DNA from: Clostridiales bacterium
GTDB taxonomy: Bacteria; Bacillota; Clostridia; Saccharofermentanales; Saccharofermentanaceae
DNA: 64,000 bases
Reading direction: 5' to 3'
Assembly: GCA_017962145.1 (NCBI GenBank)
Contig: JAGCVX010000014.1
Span: forward strand, 5,162 to 69,161
Under the pieces are notes generated by a model. That model saw only the letters and a list, made by a program, of their open reading frames with translations, was not told where the DNA came from and searched no databases. Of this stretch, positions 19,054 through 28,166 are shown in pieces. Each line of letters starts with the position of its first letter. The stretch's first letter is position 1. The position numbers and the translations under genes are program-made.

Positions 19054-21381
19054 ATGAGAAAAAGTAATGTACAAATACTGAGCATGTTGCTTGCGATCAT
19101 AATGTTGATCGGCATCATGCCGGGATTTAAGACGAACGTGTTTGCGGGTAACACGACACTGGTTATTACCTTCGACGCGAATGGTGGTACACCGGGAGAG
19201 GCTTGGAGAGACCAAGTCGAGCAGGAAGCGCCTTATACGGATACGGTATATGCTCCGCCCACATCATTCTGCACGCCGCCAAGTAGATGCGTATTCGATG
19301 GTTTCGAAATCGGCGGAAAACGCTATGGGGTCGGCGAAGCGTTCACACTTACGGAGGACACGGGCGTAAAATTCCTTTGGAAGTTTACCCGGGCCATCGT
19401 GTACTGGGATGCAAATGGTGGTACACCAGGAGAGGGTTGGAAAGACCAAGTCGAGCTGGAAGCACCTTATACGGATACGGTATATGCTCCGCCCACACCA
19501 TTCTGCACGCCGCCAAGTGGATGCGTATTCGATGGTTTCGAAATCGGCGGAAAACGCTATGGGGACGGCGAAACGTTCACAGTTACGGAGGACACGGGCA
19601 TAAAACTCCTTTGGAAGGCTACCCAGGCCATCGTGTACTGGGATGCAAATGGTGGTATGAAGGGAGATGGTTGGAAAGACAAAGTCGAGCTGGAAGTACC
19701 TTTTACGGATACGGTATATGCACCGCCCACATCATTCTGGATGCCGCCGCTTGGATGCGTATTCGATGGCTACGAAGTTGACGGAAAACGCTATGGGCCC
19801 GGCGAAACGTACACAGTTACGGAGGACGTGTGCATAAAACTCCTATGGAAAGTGATGCAGTGCAACGTGCAGTGGGATGCAAATGGTGGTACGCCCGGAG
19901 AAAAGTGGGTGGCATCCGAAACCCTCGATGCAGGCACGACGATCAAACTCGACAGAATCGGTGAAGATTATGTAACTCCACCGGAAGGTAAGGAATTCAG
20001 CCATTTCGAAGTTAATGGAGAAAAGGTTGCAAAAGGAGAAGAGATCATCATTTCTGGCCCGACATCGATCGTTTACTGCTGGAAAGCCAAGCTGTTCGAG
20101 GATGTACAGGTCAGCTTCGATTTGAACGGCGGAACCAAGGGCCCGAATTTCCCGAAAGACCCGATTCTCGTGACATACGGAATGGATTACCAATTTGAGC
20201 CGGTGACAGCCGAAATCGTTGTCGCCCCGAGAGGCATGAAGTTTGATGCCTATGAGGTCGATGGCGTGAGATATGAAGTTGGCGACCATTATGTCTTTAC
20301 GAAAGATACTACAATTAAATATCTGTGGATCAAAGATGGTCCGATGAAGCTTGATATCAAGTACGATGCCAATGGCGGAACAAAGGGCAGCAAGTGGCTG
20401 GACGGATTCCAGATCGAAGAAGGAAAAACACTCATTCTTTCTGATCTCGGTGAAGATTTCGTTACGGCTCCGGAAGGAAAAGAATTCGATGCATATGAAA
20501 TCGATGGAGTGAGATATGAACTCAATTCCAAGTACACCTTTACCAAAGATGTTACGATCAAGTTCCTCTGGAAAGATAAGACCGTAACACCGGAACCGCA
20601 GCCGGTATCCCCGGAGCCACAGCCGGTTTCTCCGGAACCGTCTTTTGCGGATTTTGTAGAGAGACTCTATACCGTTGCACTCGGACGTCCTTCCGAAGAA
20701 GAAGGAAAAGCATTCTGGGTCCATCAGGTAGAAAAGAAGGGTTTCACCGGCGCAGACTGCGCGAGATTCTTCCTTCTCGATGCACCGGAATTCCTTGGCA
20801 GAAATCTTACTGATGAACAGTTTGTCGAAACACTTTATCAGACATTCTTCGGACGCGAGTCTGAACCGGATGGAAAGGCATATTGGCTTGGCCGCCTCGC
20901 TTCCGGTTCTCCGAAAGCGGATCTTGTAAATGACTTTATCGAATCCGTAGAGTGGTGCAACATCTGTGCGACATATGGTGTTAAGTCCGGAGCAGTGTAT
21001 CACAAGGCTACCGTACCTTCGAAAAATGCAGTGAAGTTTGCAACAAGACTTTACACATGCTGCCTCGGAAGAGATCCGGAAGAAGATGGACTCAACTACT
21101 GGGCACTGGCGCTGACGAATCTGGATGCGACAGGCTACCAGGCTGCAAGTCTGTTCTTCACACTTCCTGAGTTTGTCGGTCTTAAGACAACGAACGAGGA
21201 GTATCTGAAGAGACTGTATACCACTTTCATGGGAAGAGAGCCGGAGGTTGAAGGATATAACTACTGGCTCGGCATGCTCAATGGTGGAGCAGACAGAAAC
21301 GATGTCATGAAGGCATTTGCCGGATGTCCTGAATTCCAGGATATCTGCAACCAGTATGGTATCGAGCGCGGAGAGATCTGA
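19054..21381 (+). CDS. Secreted protein with six Listeria-Bacteroides (flg_new-type) repeats, a Pro-rich linker and three DUF4214 repeats
   Basis: ATG 19054 follows GGAGAGGAG. Signal peptide, then six ~78-aa units beginning (F/W)DANGGT(P/K)G. Linker PEPQPVSPEPQPVSPEP. By-eye alignment shows the C-terminal ~240 aa match the upstream LRR protein at most positions. Confidence 0.75.
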   Translation: MRKSNVQILSMLLAIIMLIGIMPGFKTNVFAGNTTLVITFDANGGTPGEAWRDQVEQEAPYTDTVYAPPTSFCTPPSRCVFDGFEIGGKRYGVGEAFTLTEDTGVKFLWKFTRAIVYWDANGGTPGEGWKDQVELEAPYTDTVYAPPTPFCTPPSGCVFDGFEIGGKRYGDGETFTVTEDTGIKLLWKATQAIVYWDANGGMKGDGWKDKVELEVPFTDTVYAPPTSFWMPPLGCVFDGYEVDGKRYGPGETYTVTEDVCIKLLWKVMQCNVQWDANGGTPGEKWVASETLDAGTTIKLDRIGEDYVTPPEGKEFSHFEVNGEKVAKGEEIIISGPTSIVYCWKAKLFEDVQVSFDLNGGTKGPNFPKDPILVTYGMDYQFEPVTAEIVVAPRGMKFDAYEVDGVRYEVGDHYVFTKDTTIKYLWIKDGPMKLDIKYDANGGTKGSKWLDGFQIEEGKTLILSDLGEDFVTAPEGKEFDAYEIDGVRYELNSKYTFTKDVTIKFLWKDKTVTPEPQPVSPEPQPVSPEPSFADFVERLYTVALGRPSEEEGKAFWVHQVEKKGFTGADCARFFLLDAPEFLGRNLTDEQFVETLYQTFFGRESEPDGKAYWLGRLASGSPKADLVNDFIESVEWCNICATYGVKSGAVYHKATVPSKNAVKFATRLYTCCLGRDPEEDGLNYWALALTNLDATGYQAASLFFTLPEFVGLKTTNEEYLKRLYTTFMGREPEVEGYNYWLGMLNGGADRNDVMKAFAGCPEFQDICNQYGIERGEI
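19174..19875 (+). repeat. Three near-identical tandem 234-bp coding repeats
   Basis: Units start at 19174, 19408 and 19642. Units 1 and 2 differ at roughly 15-20 of 234 positions by eye. A fourth, more diverged unit starts at 19876. Confidence 0.85.
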
Positions 21382-21405
21382 CGGATCAATACAACTGAAT
21401 AAGTA

Positions 21406-21475
21406 AAGAAAGAGATTCCTCTTCGGCTGCGAACAGTTGCTTACGCGACCTTGCCGTGCGAGGAATCTCTTTTTG
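21406..21475. terminator. Long hairpin element (copy B), the reverse complement of copy A
   Basis: Arms aaagaaagagattcctc and gaggaatctcttttt. The loop ttcggctgcgaacagttgcttacgcgaccttgccgtgc equals the reverse complement of loop A apart from 2 mismatches. Confidence 0.65.
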
Positions 21476-21603
21476 ATCTTTTTGCGAGAGATTCAGATGA
21501 AATAGTGAGAGATTCTGAGGGCGTCCTTTGATATAATGATTATAATTGGATACTATGCGCGATGGGGCGCATGTGAATATTTAGATTCGGGAGGACTTGC
21601 ACC

Positions 21604-23730
21604 ATGAAAAGACAGTTGGCTGTTGAGAAAGCAAAAGAACTTCTTGAGAAGATGACCACGGAAGAAAAGGTTGCGCAGATGATCCAGGTTACCTATACGG
21701 ATGGTGGCCGAGAGGAAGCACTGAAGTGGGCAAAAATGGGTGCAGGTTCATTTCTCCATGTATTAGGTGACGACGCCAGAGAACTGCAGAGAGAAGCCAT
21801 GAAGACACGCCTGGGAATCCCGGTGATCTTCGGTATCGACTGTATCCATGGCCATGGTCTGAATACAAGTGCGACGATCTTTCCTTCGCAGTTGACCTGT
21901 GCCTGCAGCTGGAATCCGGAAGTGGCCCGCGTTATGGGTGAGGTTTCCGCCAGAGAAGTTGCTACGGATGGCCTGCACTGGACATTCTCGCCGGTACTCT
22001 GTCTGGCAAGAGATACTCGATGGGGCCGTGTAAATGAGACCTTCGGTGAGGATCCGTATCTGGCAGGTGAACTGGGTGCCGCGATCATCAAAGGCTATCA
22101 GGGTGATGACCTTTCTGACGATGAACATATCCTGGCATGCGCGAAGCACTATCTCGCATACGGTGAAGCTACCGGCGGACGTGACGCATACGATACGGAA
22201 GTGACCGAAAGAAAGGTCCGTGAAGTGTTCCTGCCGCCGTTCCAGAAAGCGGTAGAAGCAGGATGCGCCACCATCATGACGGCTTATGGTTTTACCGATG
22301 GTACGCCTCTTACGGCAGACCGTCACATCATGCATGACATTCTTCGTGACGAACTGAATTTCGATGGATTTGTTATCACGGACTGGGATAATACACAGAG
22401 CCTGGTATGGCTGCAGCATATCGCCGCGGACATCTCCGAAGCATCCGTTATGGCCGCCTCTGCCGGTAATGACATGATCATGACCACGAAGGGTTTCTAC
22501 GAAGGAATGCTCAATGCGCTGAAAGAAGGAAAGGTCGATATCTCTGTTGTCGATGAGGCAGTCCTTCATATCCTGACGATCAAATATGAGATGGAGCTTT
22601 TCGATAAGCCGGAGAAGAAGGGTGAGCCCGGTTGCTTTGGTAAAGAAGAGCATCTTGACGCAGCAAGAGATGCCGCAAGAAAGAGTGTCACATTGCTCCG
22701 TAATAACGGTATGCTGCCTCTTGGAAATGGCATAAAGAAGATCGCCGTGATCGGTGAGAATGCGGATAATGTCCGTGCACAATATGGCGACTGGACATAC
22801 TTCACGCATCCGGTACCGGATCCGACGAATTCCCGCCCGGCGCATCGTCCGTATGTGACACTTTGGGAAGGTGTGAAAGAGATCTGTGACCAGGAGGGTA
22901 TCGAAGCTTCCTATGCAAAAGGCTGCGCAGTCATCCCGAAGGGCGAAGACGATCTTGAGGAAGCAGTCCGCATCGCAAAAGATGCCGATGCGATCATCTA
23001 TGCAGTCGGTGACGTGATCCCGCAGTTCGGTGAATTCTCCGACCGTGCAGATCTGAATCTTTCCGGCAAGCAGTATGAACTGTTCGAACTTCTGAAAGCC
23101 ACCGGCAAGCCGATCTGTACTGTGCTGATCTCCTCGAAGCCGCTTTGCATGGGCATTACCGCAGAGCAGGCAGACGCAGTTGTCTGCGGATTTAACGGCG
23201 GTATGTTCGCAGGTCAGGCTCTGGCGGAAGCGATCTTCGGTAAGATCAATCCGAGCGGAAGACTTCCGATCTCCTTCCCGCATCACTCGGGACAGATCCC
23301 GGTCTACTACAACCAGATGCCCGGCTGGCATGGCGGAAAATATAACGACATGCCGAAGACTCCGTTGTTCGCTTTCGGAGAAGGTATGGGCTACAGTGCA
23401 TTTGAATACGAAAACTTAACGTGCGGAAGTGACCTTCAGGTTTCCGTTACCGTTAAGAACGTAGGTAAAGTGGAAGGCACAGAGACCGTGCAGATCTACC
23501 AGAATGACTGCGTTTCGAGCGTGCTGACACCGGTGCGCCGACTGATCGCATTTACTCAGGTAACACTTGGCGCGGGCGAATCCAAAGAGGTGCAGATCCA
23601 GCTGAAGAAAGACGACTTCGCGCTGATCAATAAGAAGTGCGAGAAAGTGGTCGAACCGGGTGAATTCATCCTCTATGCCGGTCACAGCAGTAAGGAAGAA
23701 GACTTGATCTCGATTACGATCAAGATGTAA
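21604..23730 (+). CDS. GH3 beta-glucosidase/beta-xylosidase family protein
   Basis: GH3 N-terminal motifs (GIDCIHG, KHYLAYG, GFVITDW) plus a C-terminal and a fibronectin-like domain. No signal peptide. Confidence 0.85.
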   Translation: MKRQLAVEKAKELLEKMTTEEKVAQMIQVTYTDGGREEALKWAKMGAGSFLHVLGDDARELQREAMKTRLGIPVIFGIDCIHGHGLNTSATIFPSQLTCACSWNPEVARVMGEVSAREVATDGLHWTFSPVLCLARDTRWGRVNETFGEDPYLAGELGAAIIKGYQGDDLSDDEHILACAKHYLAYGEATGGRDAYDTEVTERKVREVFLPPFQKAVEAGCATIMTAYGFTDGTPLTADRHIMHDILRDELNFDGFVITDWDNTQSLVWLQHIAADISEASVMAASAGNDMIMTTKGFYEGMLNALKEGKVDISVVDEAVLHILTIKYEMELFDKPEKKGEPGCFGKEEHLDAARDAARKSVTLLRNNGMLPLGNGIKKIAVIGENADNVRAQYGDWTYFTHPVPDPTNSRPAHRPYVTLWEGVKEICDQEGIEASYAKGCAVIPKGEDDLEEAVRIAKDADAIIYAVGDVIPQFGEFSDRADLNLSGKQYELFELLKATGKPICTVLISSKPLCMGITAEQADAVVCGFNGGMFAGQALAEAIFGKINPSGRLPISFPHHSGQIPVYYNQMPGWHGGKYNDMPKTPLFAFGEGMGYSAFEYENLTCGSDLQVSVTVKNVGKVEGTETVQIYQNDCVSSVLTPVRRLIAFTQVTLGAGESKEVQIQLKKDDFALINKKCEKVVEPGEFILYAGHSSKEEDLISITIKM

Positions 23731-23736
23731 GGACGC

Positions 23737-24582
23737 ATGAACAGGACAAAAATACAATATCAGAATTTTGACGAAGAAAGAGCGCTATACCATGTGCAGC
23801 ACGCGGACGTGGACTCCTGCACATTTGCAGGACCCGCAGACGGGGAGTCGGCGCTGAAAGAAGCACGTGACATCAAGGTAAGTAACTGTACGTTTGCCCT
23901 GCGCTATCCGCTTTGGCATGTCATCGACTATTCGGTGGACAGCATCACGATGGAAGAAACGTGCCGCGCGCCGATATGGTATGCAAGGCACGGCGTGCTC
24001 GAAAACTGCGACATCCGCGGTGTGAAAGCCGTGCGCGAATGCGAGGATATCAAGATCAAAAACAGCACGATCGATTCGGTCGAATTCGGCTGGAAATGCA
24101 TCGGTCTTTCGCTGGAAAATGTCACGATCACATCGGAGTATATCTTCTTTGACAGTAAAAATGTTTCCCTTTCGCATGTCGACATGAAGGGCAAGTATTC
24201 GTTCCAGTATGTGGACGGACTTACGATCGAGTCGTGTGAACTCGATACGAAGGATGCATTCTGGCACAGTAAAAATGTGGTGGTAAAAGACAGTGTGGTC
24301 AAGGGCGAATACCTCGGATGGTTTTCGGAAAACGTCACGCTGATCAACTGCAGGATCATCGGTACGCAGCCTTTCTGCTACTGCAAGAATCTAAAGCTTG
24401 TAAACTGCACGATGGAGGGCTGCGACCTTTCTTTCGAGTATTCGGAAGTGGAGGCGGATGTTCGTGGACGGATCGAATCGGTGAAAAATCCGAAGAGTGG
24501 TATAATCACTTGTGATGAAGTCGGGGAGATCATATCGGGCGATACCGTGATGGAGTGTACCGGCAAAGTTCAGATTCGCTGA
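23737..24582 (+). CDS. DUF3737-like right-handed beta-helix protein
   Basis: Size of ~281 aa with repetitive (N/D)(V/C)x(I/L)xx(S/C) turns. The WHSKNVVVKDSVVKGEYLGWFSENVTLINC pattern resembles DUF3737 as I recall it. Confidence 0.5.
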   Translation: MNRTKIQYQNFDEERALYHVQHADVDSCTFAGPADGESALKEARDIKVSNCTFALRYPLWHVIDYSVDSITMEETCRAPIWYARHGVLENCDIRGVKAVRECEDIKIKNSTIDSVEFGWKCIGLSLENVTITSEYIFFDSKNVSLSHVDMKGKYSFQYVDGLTIESCELDTKDAFWHSKNVVVKDSVVKGEYLGWFSENVTLINCRIIGTQPFCYCKNLKLVNCTMEGCDLSFEYSEVEADVRGRIESVKNPKSGIITCDEVGEIISGDTVMECTGKVQIR

Positions 24583-24603
24583 CAGAAAGAAGAGATCGAC
24601 AAC

Positions 24604-25341
24604 ATGGATGACTATACACCGCAGCTGACGAAACAGGAAGGATTCAAACTCAACCGAAATCAACTGAAATATCTGCTGATCATCGCGATGCTGATCGACC
24701 ACCTCGCTTGGCGGTATGTTCCGACGGTGAGCGTACTCGGGCAGATCATGCATTTCATCGGAAGACTGACCGGACCGGGTATGGCTGTGCTTCTTGCGGA
24801 AGGTTATCAGTATACGAGAAGTAAGAAAAAATATGCCATCCGTCTTCTTATTTTCGCATTGCTGTCCTGGGCGCCGTGTTCGCTTTTTAACTACAACCGT
24901 TTTCCCTATATCGGCATGGATATGTTCGGTGTGATCTGGACATTGTTCCTGGCTTTTGTGACGGTATGGATGTGGGATTCCATAAAAGGGAAGAAGCCGT
25001 TAAAGATCTTCCTCGTAGTGATTTTCTGTATACTCTCCCTTTTAGGTGACTGGTGTATCTTTGCCGTTTTGTGGGCGCTGTTCTGCTACATCTACCGTGA
25101 TAACGAAAAGAAGAAATGGATCTCTTTTGCTATTGTGGCAGTCATCGAAGTGGTGCTGGCCTGCCTGATGTCCGGATTAAGTCAGTTGTTCCAGCTGGGT
25201 GTCGTTCTGGTGCCGATCGTATTTATCTATTTCTACAACAGAGAACCCGGAAGCAAGAAACCGTTTCACAAGTGGTTCTTCTATGTGTTCTATCCGCTGC
25301 ACATTTTGATTTTGTATTTTATGAGATGTCTGGGATGCTGA
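24604..25341 (+). CDS. TraX-family membrane protein
   Basis: LKYLLIIAMLIDHLAW motif and ~7 TM helices. Confidence 0.65.
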   Translation: MDDYTPQLTKQEGFKLNRNQLKYLLIIAMLIDHLAWRYVPTVSVLGQIMHFIGRLTGPGMAVLLAEGYQYTRSKKKYAIRLLIFALLSWAPCSLFNYNRFPYIGMDMFGVIWTLFLAFVTVWMWDSIKGKKPLKIFLVVIFCILSLLGDWCIFAVLWALFCYIYRDNEKKKWISFAIVAVIEVVLACLMSGLSQLFQLGVVLVPIVFIYFYNREPGSKKPFHKWFFYVFYPLHILILYFMRCLGC

Positions 25342-25363
25342 TTCGCCTGCTGGTATACATCTC

Positions 25364-25392
25364 TTGCAAAGGGAAAATGCGCGTGGTAGTAT
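25364..25392 (+). promoter_or_regulatory. Sigma-A-like promoter for the ABC-F gene, giving a ~270-nt leader
   Basis: TTGCAA (25364-25369), 17-nt spacer, TAGTAT (25387-25392). Confidence 0.45.
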
Positions 25393-25666
25393 CAAAACAG
25401 ATGGCGGGCGAAAGTGCATTTACTGAAGCGGCTATATTCTAAAGAAAGAGCGCGGCAACGCGATTTGGGTGGACCAATGAGAAAGTGATGATACAGGAAG
25501 GAAACACATATTATGGAAAAGACCTGGGAAAGGGTCTTCTTGTGTGCGCTTTCATGGAATCATCGCGAAGTTTTACCGGCTTTCTTAGTAGATAAGGTGG
25601 ATCGTATGAGTCTGTTTTTGCGTGTGCAGGAACGGGCTTTTTCTTTCAGGCAGAAAGAGGCAGACA

Positions 25667-27196
25667 ATGGCACAAATTAAAGTAAACGATCTCACTTTCT
25701 CCTACGAAAGCAGCTTCGATCCGATCTTTGAACACGTTTCATTTACGGTGGATACATCGTGGAAACTGGGATTTATCGGAAGAAACGGAAAAGGAAAAAC
25801 GACATTTTTAAATCTCCTTCTCGGGAAATATGAATACAGCGGAAGTATCAGCGCGGACGTAAAGTGCGACTATTTTCCGTATAAGATCGCAAAGGAAGAC
25901 GAAGAGAAAACGGCGGATGAACTGATGGAATCCTGGAAGCCGGGCGTCGAAAACTGGCGCGTGATGTGTGAGCTTTCCGAGCTCCAAGTAGATCCGGAAC
26001 TTCTCTATCGACCGATCCGCACACTGAGTTTCGGCGAAAGAACGAAGGTCATGCTGGCCGTGCTTTTTGCAGGGGAAAATGACTTTCTTCTGATCGACGA
26101 GCCGACGAATCATCTCGATAAAGATGCGCGCGACATCGTCAAAAAATATCTGGCCGGAAAGAAACGTTTTATTCTCGTTTCGCACGATCGAGATCTTCTT
26201 GATGCATGCGTGGATCACGTACTGGTACTGCAGCGCTCGAGTATCGACGTGCAAAGCGGAAACTTCAGTTCCTGGTGGGATAACAAAGAACGCGCCGATG
26301 CATTTGCCAAGGCGGAAAACGAGAAGCACATCAAGGAGATCGGGCGCCTCAAAGGAGCGATGGATCAGAGCCAGCGCTGGGCGACGAAAGGCGAGAATAC
26401 GAAGATCGGGTATGACCCGCTGAAAGAACATGACCGCACGAAGAACGCACGAACCTATATCAGTTCGAAGACGAAAAAGATGGAGTCCCGTGTGAAAGTT
26501 TTCGAGCAGCGCATGGAAAAGCAGATCGCGGAGAAGGAAGGTCTCCTTAACGATATCGAACAGGTCAGAGATCTTCGGCTTTCTCCGATGGAACATTTCA
26601 GAGAAAGAGTGGTGGAAACAAGAGATCTTTCGCTTCGGTATAAGGATTCAGAGATGCCGGTATTCTCGGGTTTGACGTTTGAGATCCGAAACGGAGAAAG
26701 AGTATTCCTTCAGGGCAAAAACGGCTGCGGGAAGACCAGCCTCATAAAGGCGATCCTGGCTTCGGCCGACGAGAATGGTAAGGGCGACAGTGCATTTACC
26801 ACGGAAGGAACACTTCTGACGGCGCCGCACTTGAAGATCTCCTACATCAACCAGGACACCTCGCACCTTCATGGCGATCTTCGGATGCATGCTTTTGAAA
26901 ACGGAGTGGACTACAGTCAGTTCCTGGCGGTGCTCCGACACCTCGCGCTCGAGCAGGCGCAGTTCGACAAAAAGATCGAGGAGTTTTCCGAGGGACAGAA
27001 GAAGAAAGTCCTCATCGCGACGAGCCTTCTTACGCCGGCGCATCTTTATATCTGGGATGAGCCTTTGAATTACGTGGATGTGTTCTCGAGAATGCAGCTC
27101 GAAAAGCTTATCTCGACTTATGAACCGACCATGCTGATCGTGGAGCATGATGTGCGTTTTCGGGAAAAAATGGCCACGAAAACCGTGGAGATGTGA
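25667..27196 (+). CDS. Lsa-family ABC-F ribosomal protection protein
   Basis: Two NBDs with no TM domain (GRNGKGKTT, LSFGERTK, LLIDEPTNHLD; GKNGCGKTS, FSEGQKKK, YIWDEPLNYVD). A charged interdomain linker. Collinear with Lsa(A) as I recall that sequence. Confidence 0.8.
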   Translation: MAQIKVNDLTFSYESSFDPIFEHVSFTVDTSWKLGFIGRNGKGKTTFLNLLLGKYEYSGSISADVKCDYFPYKIAKEDEEKTADELMESWKPGVENWRVMCELSELQVDPELLYRPIRTLSFGERTKVMLAVLFAGENDFLLIDEPTNHLDKDARDIVKKYLAGKKRFILVSHDRDLLDACVDHVLVLQRSSIDVQSGNFSSWWDNKERADAFAKAENEKHIKEIGRLKGAMDQSQRWATKGENTKIGYDPLKEHDRTKNARTYISSKTKKMESRVKVFEQRMEKQIAEKEGLLNDIEQVRDLRLSPMEHFRERVVETRDLSLRYKDSEMPVFSGLTFEIRNGERVFLQGKNGCGKTSLIKAILASADENGKGDSAFTTEGTLLTAPHLKISYINQDTSHLHGDLRMHAFENGVDYSQFLAVLRHLALEQAQFDKKIEEFSEGQKKKVLIATSLLTPAHLYIWDEPLNYVDVFSRMQLEKLISTYEPTMLIVEHDVRFREKMATKTVEM

Positions 27197-27262
27197 AGGG
27201 AATAAATCTACGTCTTTTTGTGTGTTATAATGTACCCACGAAAGAGGGAAAGGGTTTCCGAT

Positions 27263-28156
27263 ATGAAGATCATCGATATTCTGAATAAAAAGAGCATGTC
27301 GCTTTCTTTCGAGGTATTCCCGCCGAAGAAAGAAGCCAGCTTTGAATCTGTAAAAGAGACCACGGAGAAGATCGCGGAGAGCAATCCTGCGTTCATGAGC
27401 GTTACGTATGGTGCCGGTGGCGGAACGAGCCGCTATACACTCGATATCGCCAAAGCGATCGAAGAAAAGCACGGTGTGCCGACGATGGCGCACCTGACCT
27501 GCGTATCCAGCTCCAGAGCGACGATCCACGACAAGATCGAAGAGATCCATAACTTAGGTATTCAGAATATCATGGCGCTTCGCGGCGACCTGACTCCTGA
27601 ACTCGAGCAGACCGACCGTTCGACATGGGACTACCGTCATGCGGTAGATCTCATCCGCGAGATCAAAGAGAGCGGTTATGACTTCTGCATAGGCGGTGCA
27701 TGCTATCCGGAGATCCACCCGGAAAGCCCAAACCAGCACGAAGATATCAAGCATCTGAAAGAGAAAGTCGAGGCCGGCGCAGATTTCCTGGTCAGCCAGA
27801 TGGTCTTCGACAACAATCTTTTCTATAACTTCCTCTACAAGATCAGAGAGGCAGGTATCACGGTTCCGGTCGTTCCGGGCATCATGCCGATCACGAACGC
27901 GATCCAGGTAGAAAAGGCCATCAAACTCAGCGGTTCTTTCATGCCCCAGCGTTTTAAGGCGATCGTGGATTATTTCGGACAGGATCCGGAGTCTATGAAG
28001 CAGGCCGGTATCGCTTATGCAACCGATCAAATCATCGACCTTTATGCCAACGGCGTTACGAATGTTCATGTGTATTCCATGAACAAGCCGGATGTGGCCG
28101 AGGCGATCATGAACAACCTCTCCAACATTCTCTGGAAGGATTACGGTATAAAGTAA
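27263..28156 (+). CDS. metF: Methylenetetrahydrofolate reductase
   Basis: SFEVFPPK, VTYGAGG, MAHLTC, ALRGD and GGACYPE motifs. An extended -10 TGTTATAAT lies at ~27223. Confidence 0.9.
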   Translation: MKIIDILNKKSMSLSFEVFPPKKEASFESVKETTEKIAESNPAFMSVTYGAGGGTSRYTLDIAKAIEEKHGVPTMAHLTCVSSSRATIHDKIEEIHNLGIQNIMALRGDLTPELEQTDRSTWDYRHAVDLIREIKESGYDFCIGGACYPEIHPESPNQHEDIKHLKEKVEAGADFLVSQMVFDNNLFYNFLYKIREAGITVPVVPGIMPITNAIQVEKAIKLSGSFMPQRFKAIVDYFGQDPESMKQAGIAYATDQIIDLYANGVTNVHVYSMNKPDVAEAIMNNLSNILWKDYGIK

Positions 28157-28166
28157 AAAACGAACC

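Noticed and set aside
27197-27262. Expected a SAM riboswitch or T-box before metF, and likewise before metH at 35855-35944.
   Set aside because: The gaps are only 66 and 90 nt, and I could not see the conserved SAM-I or T-box elements.
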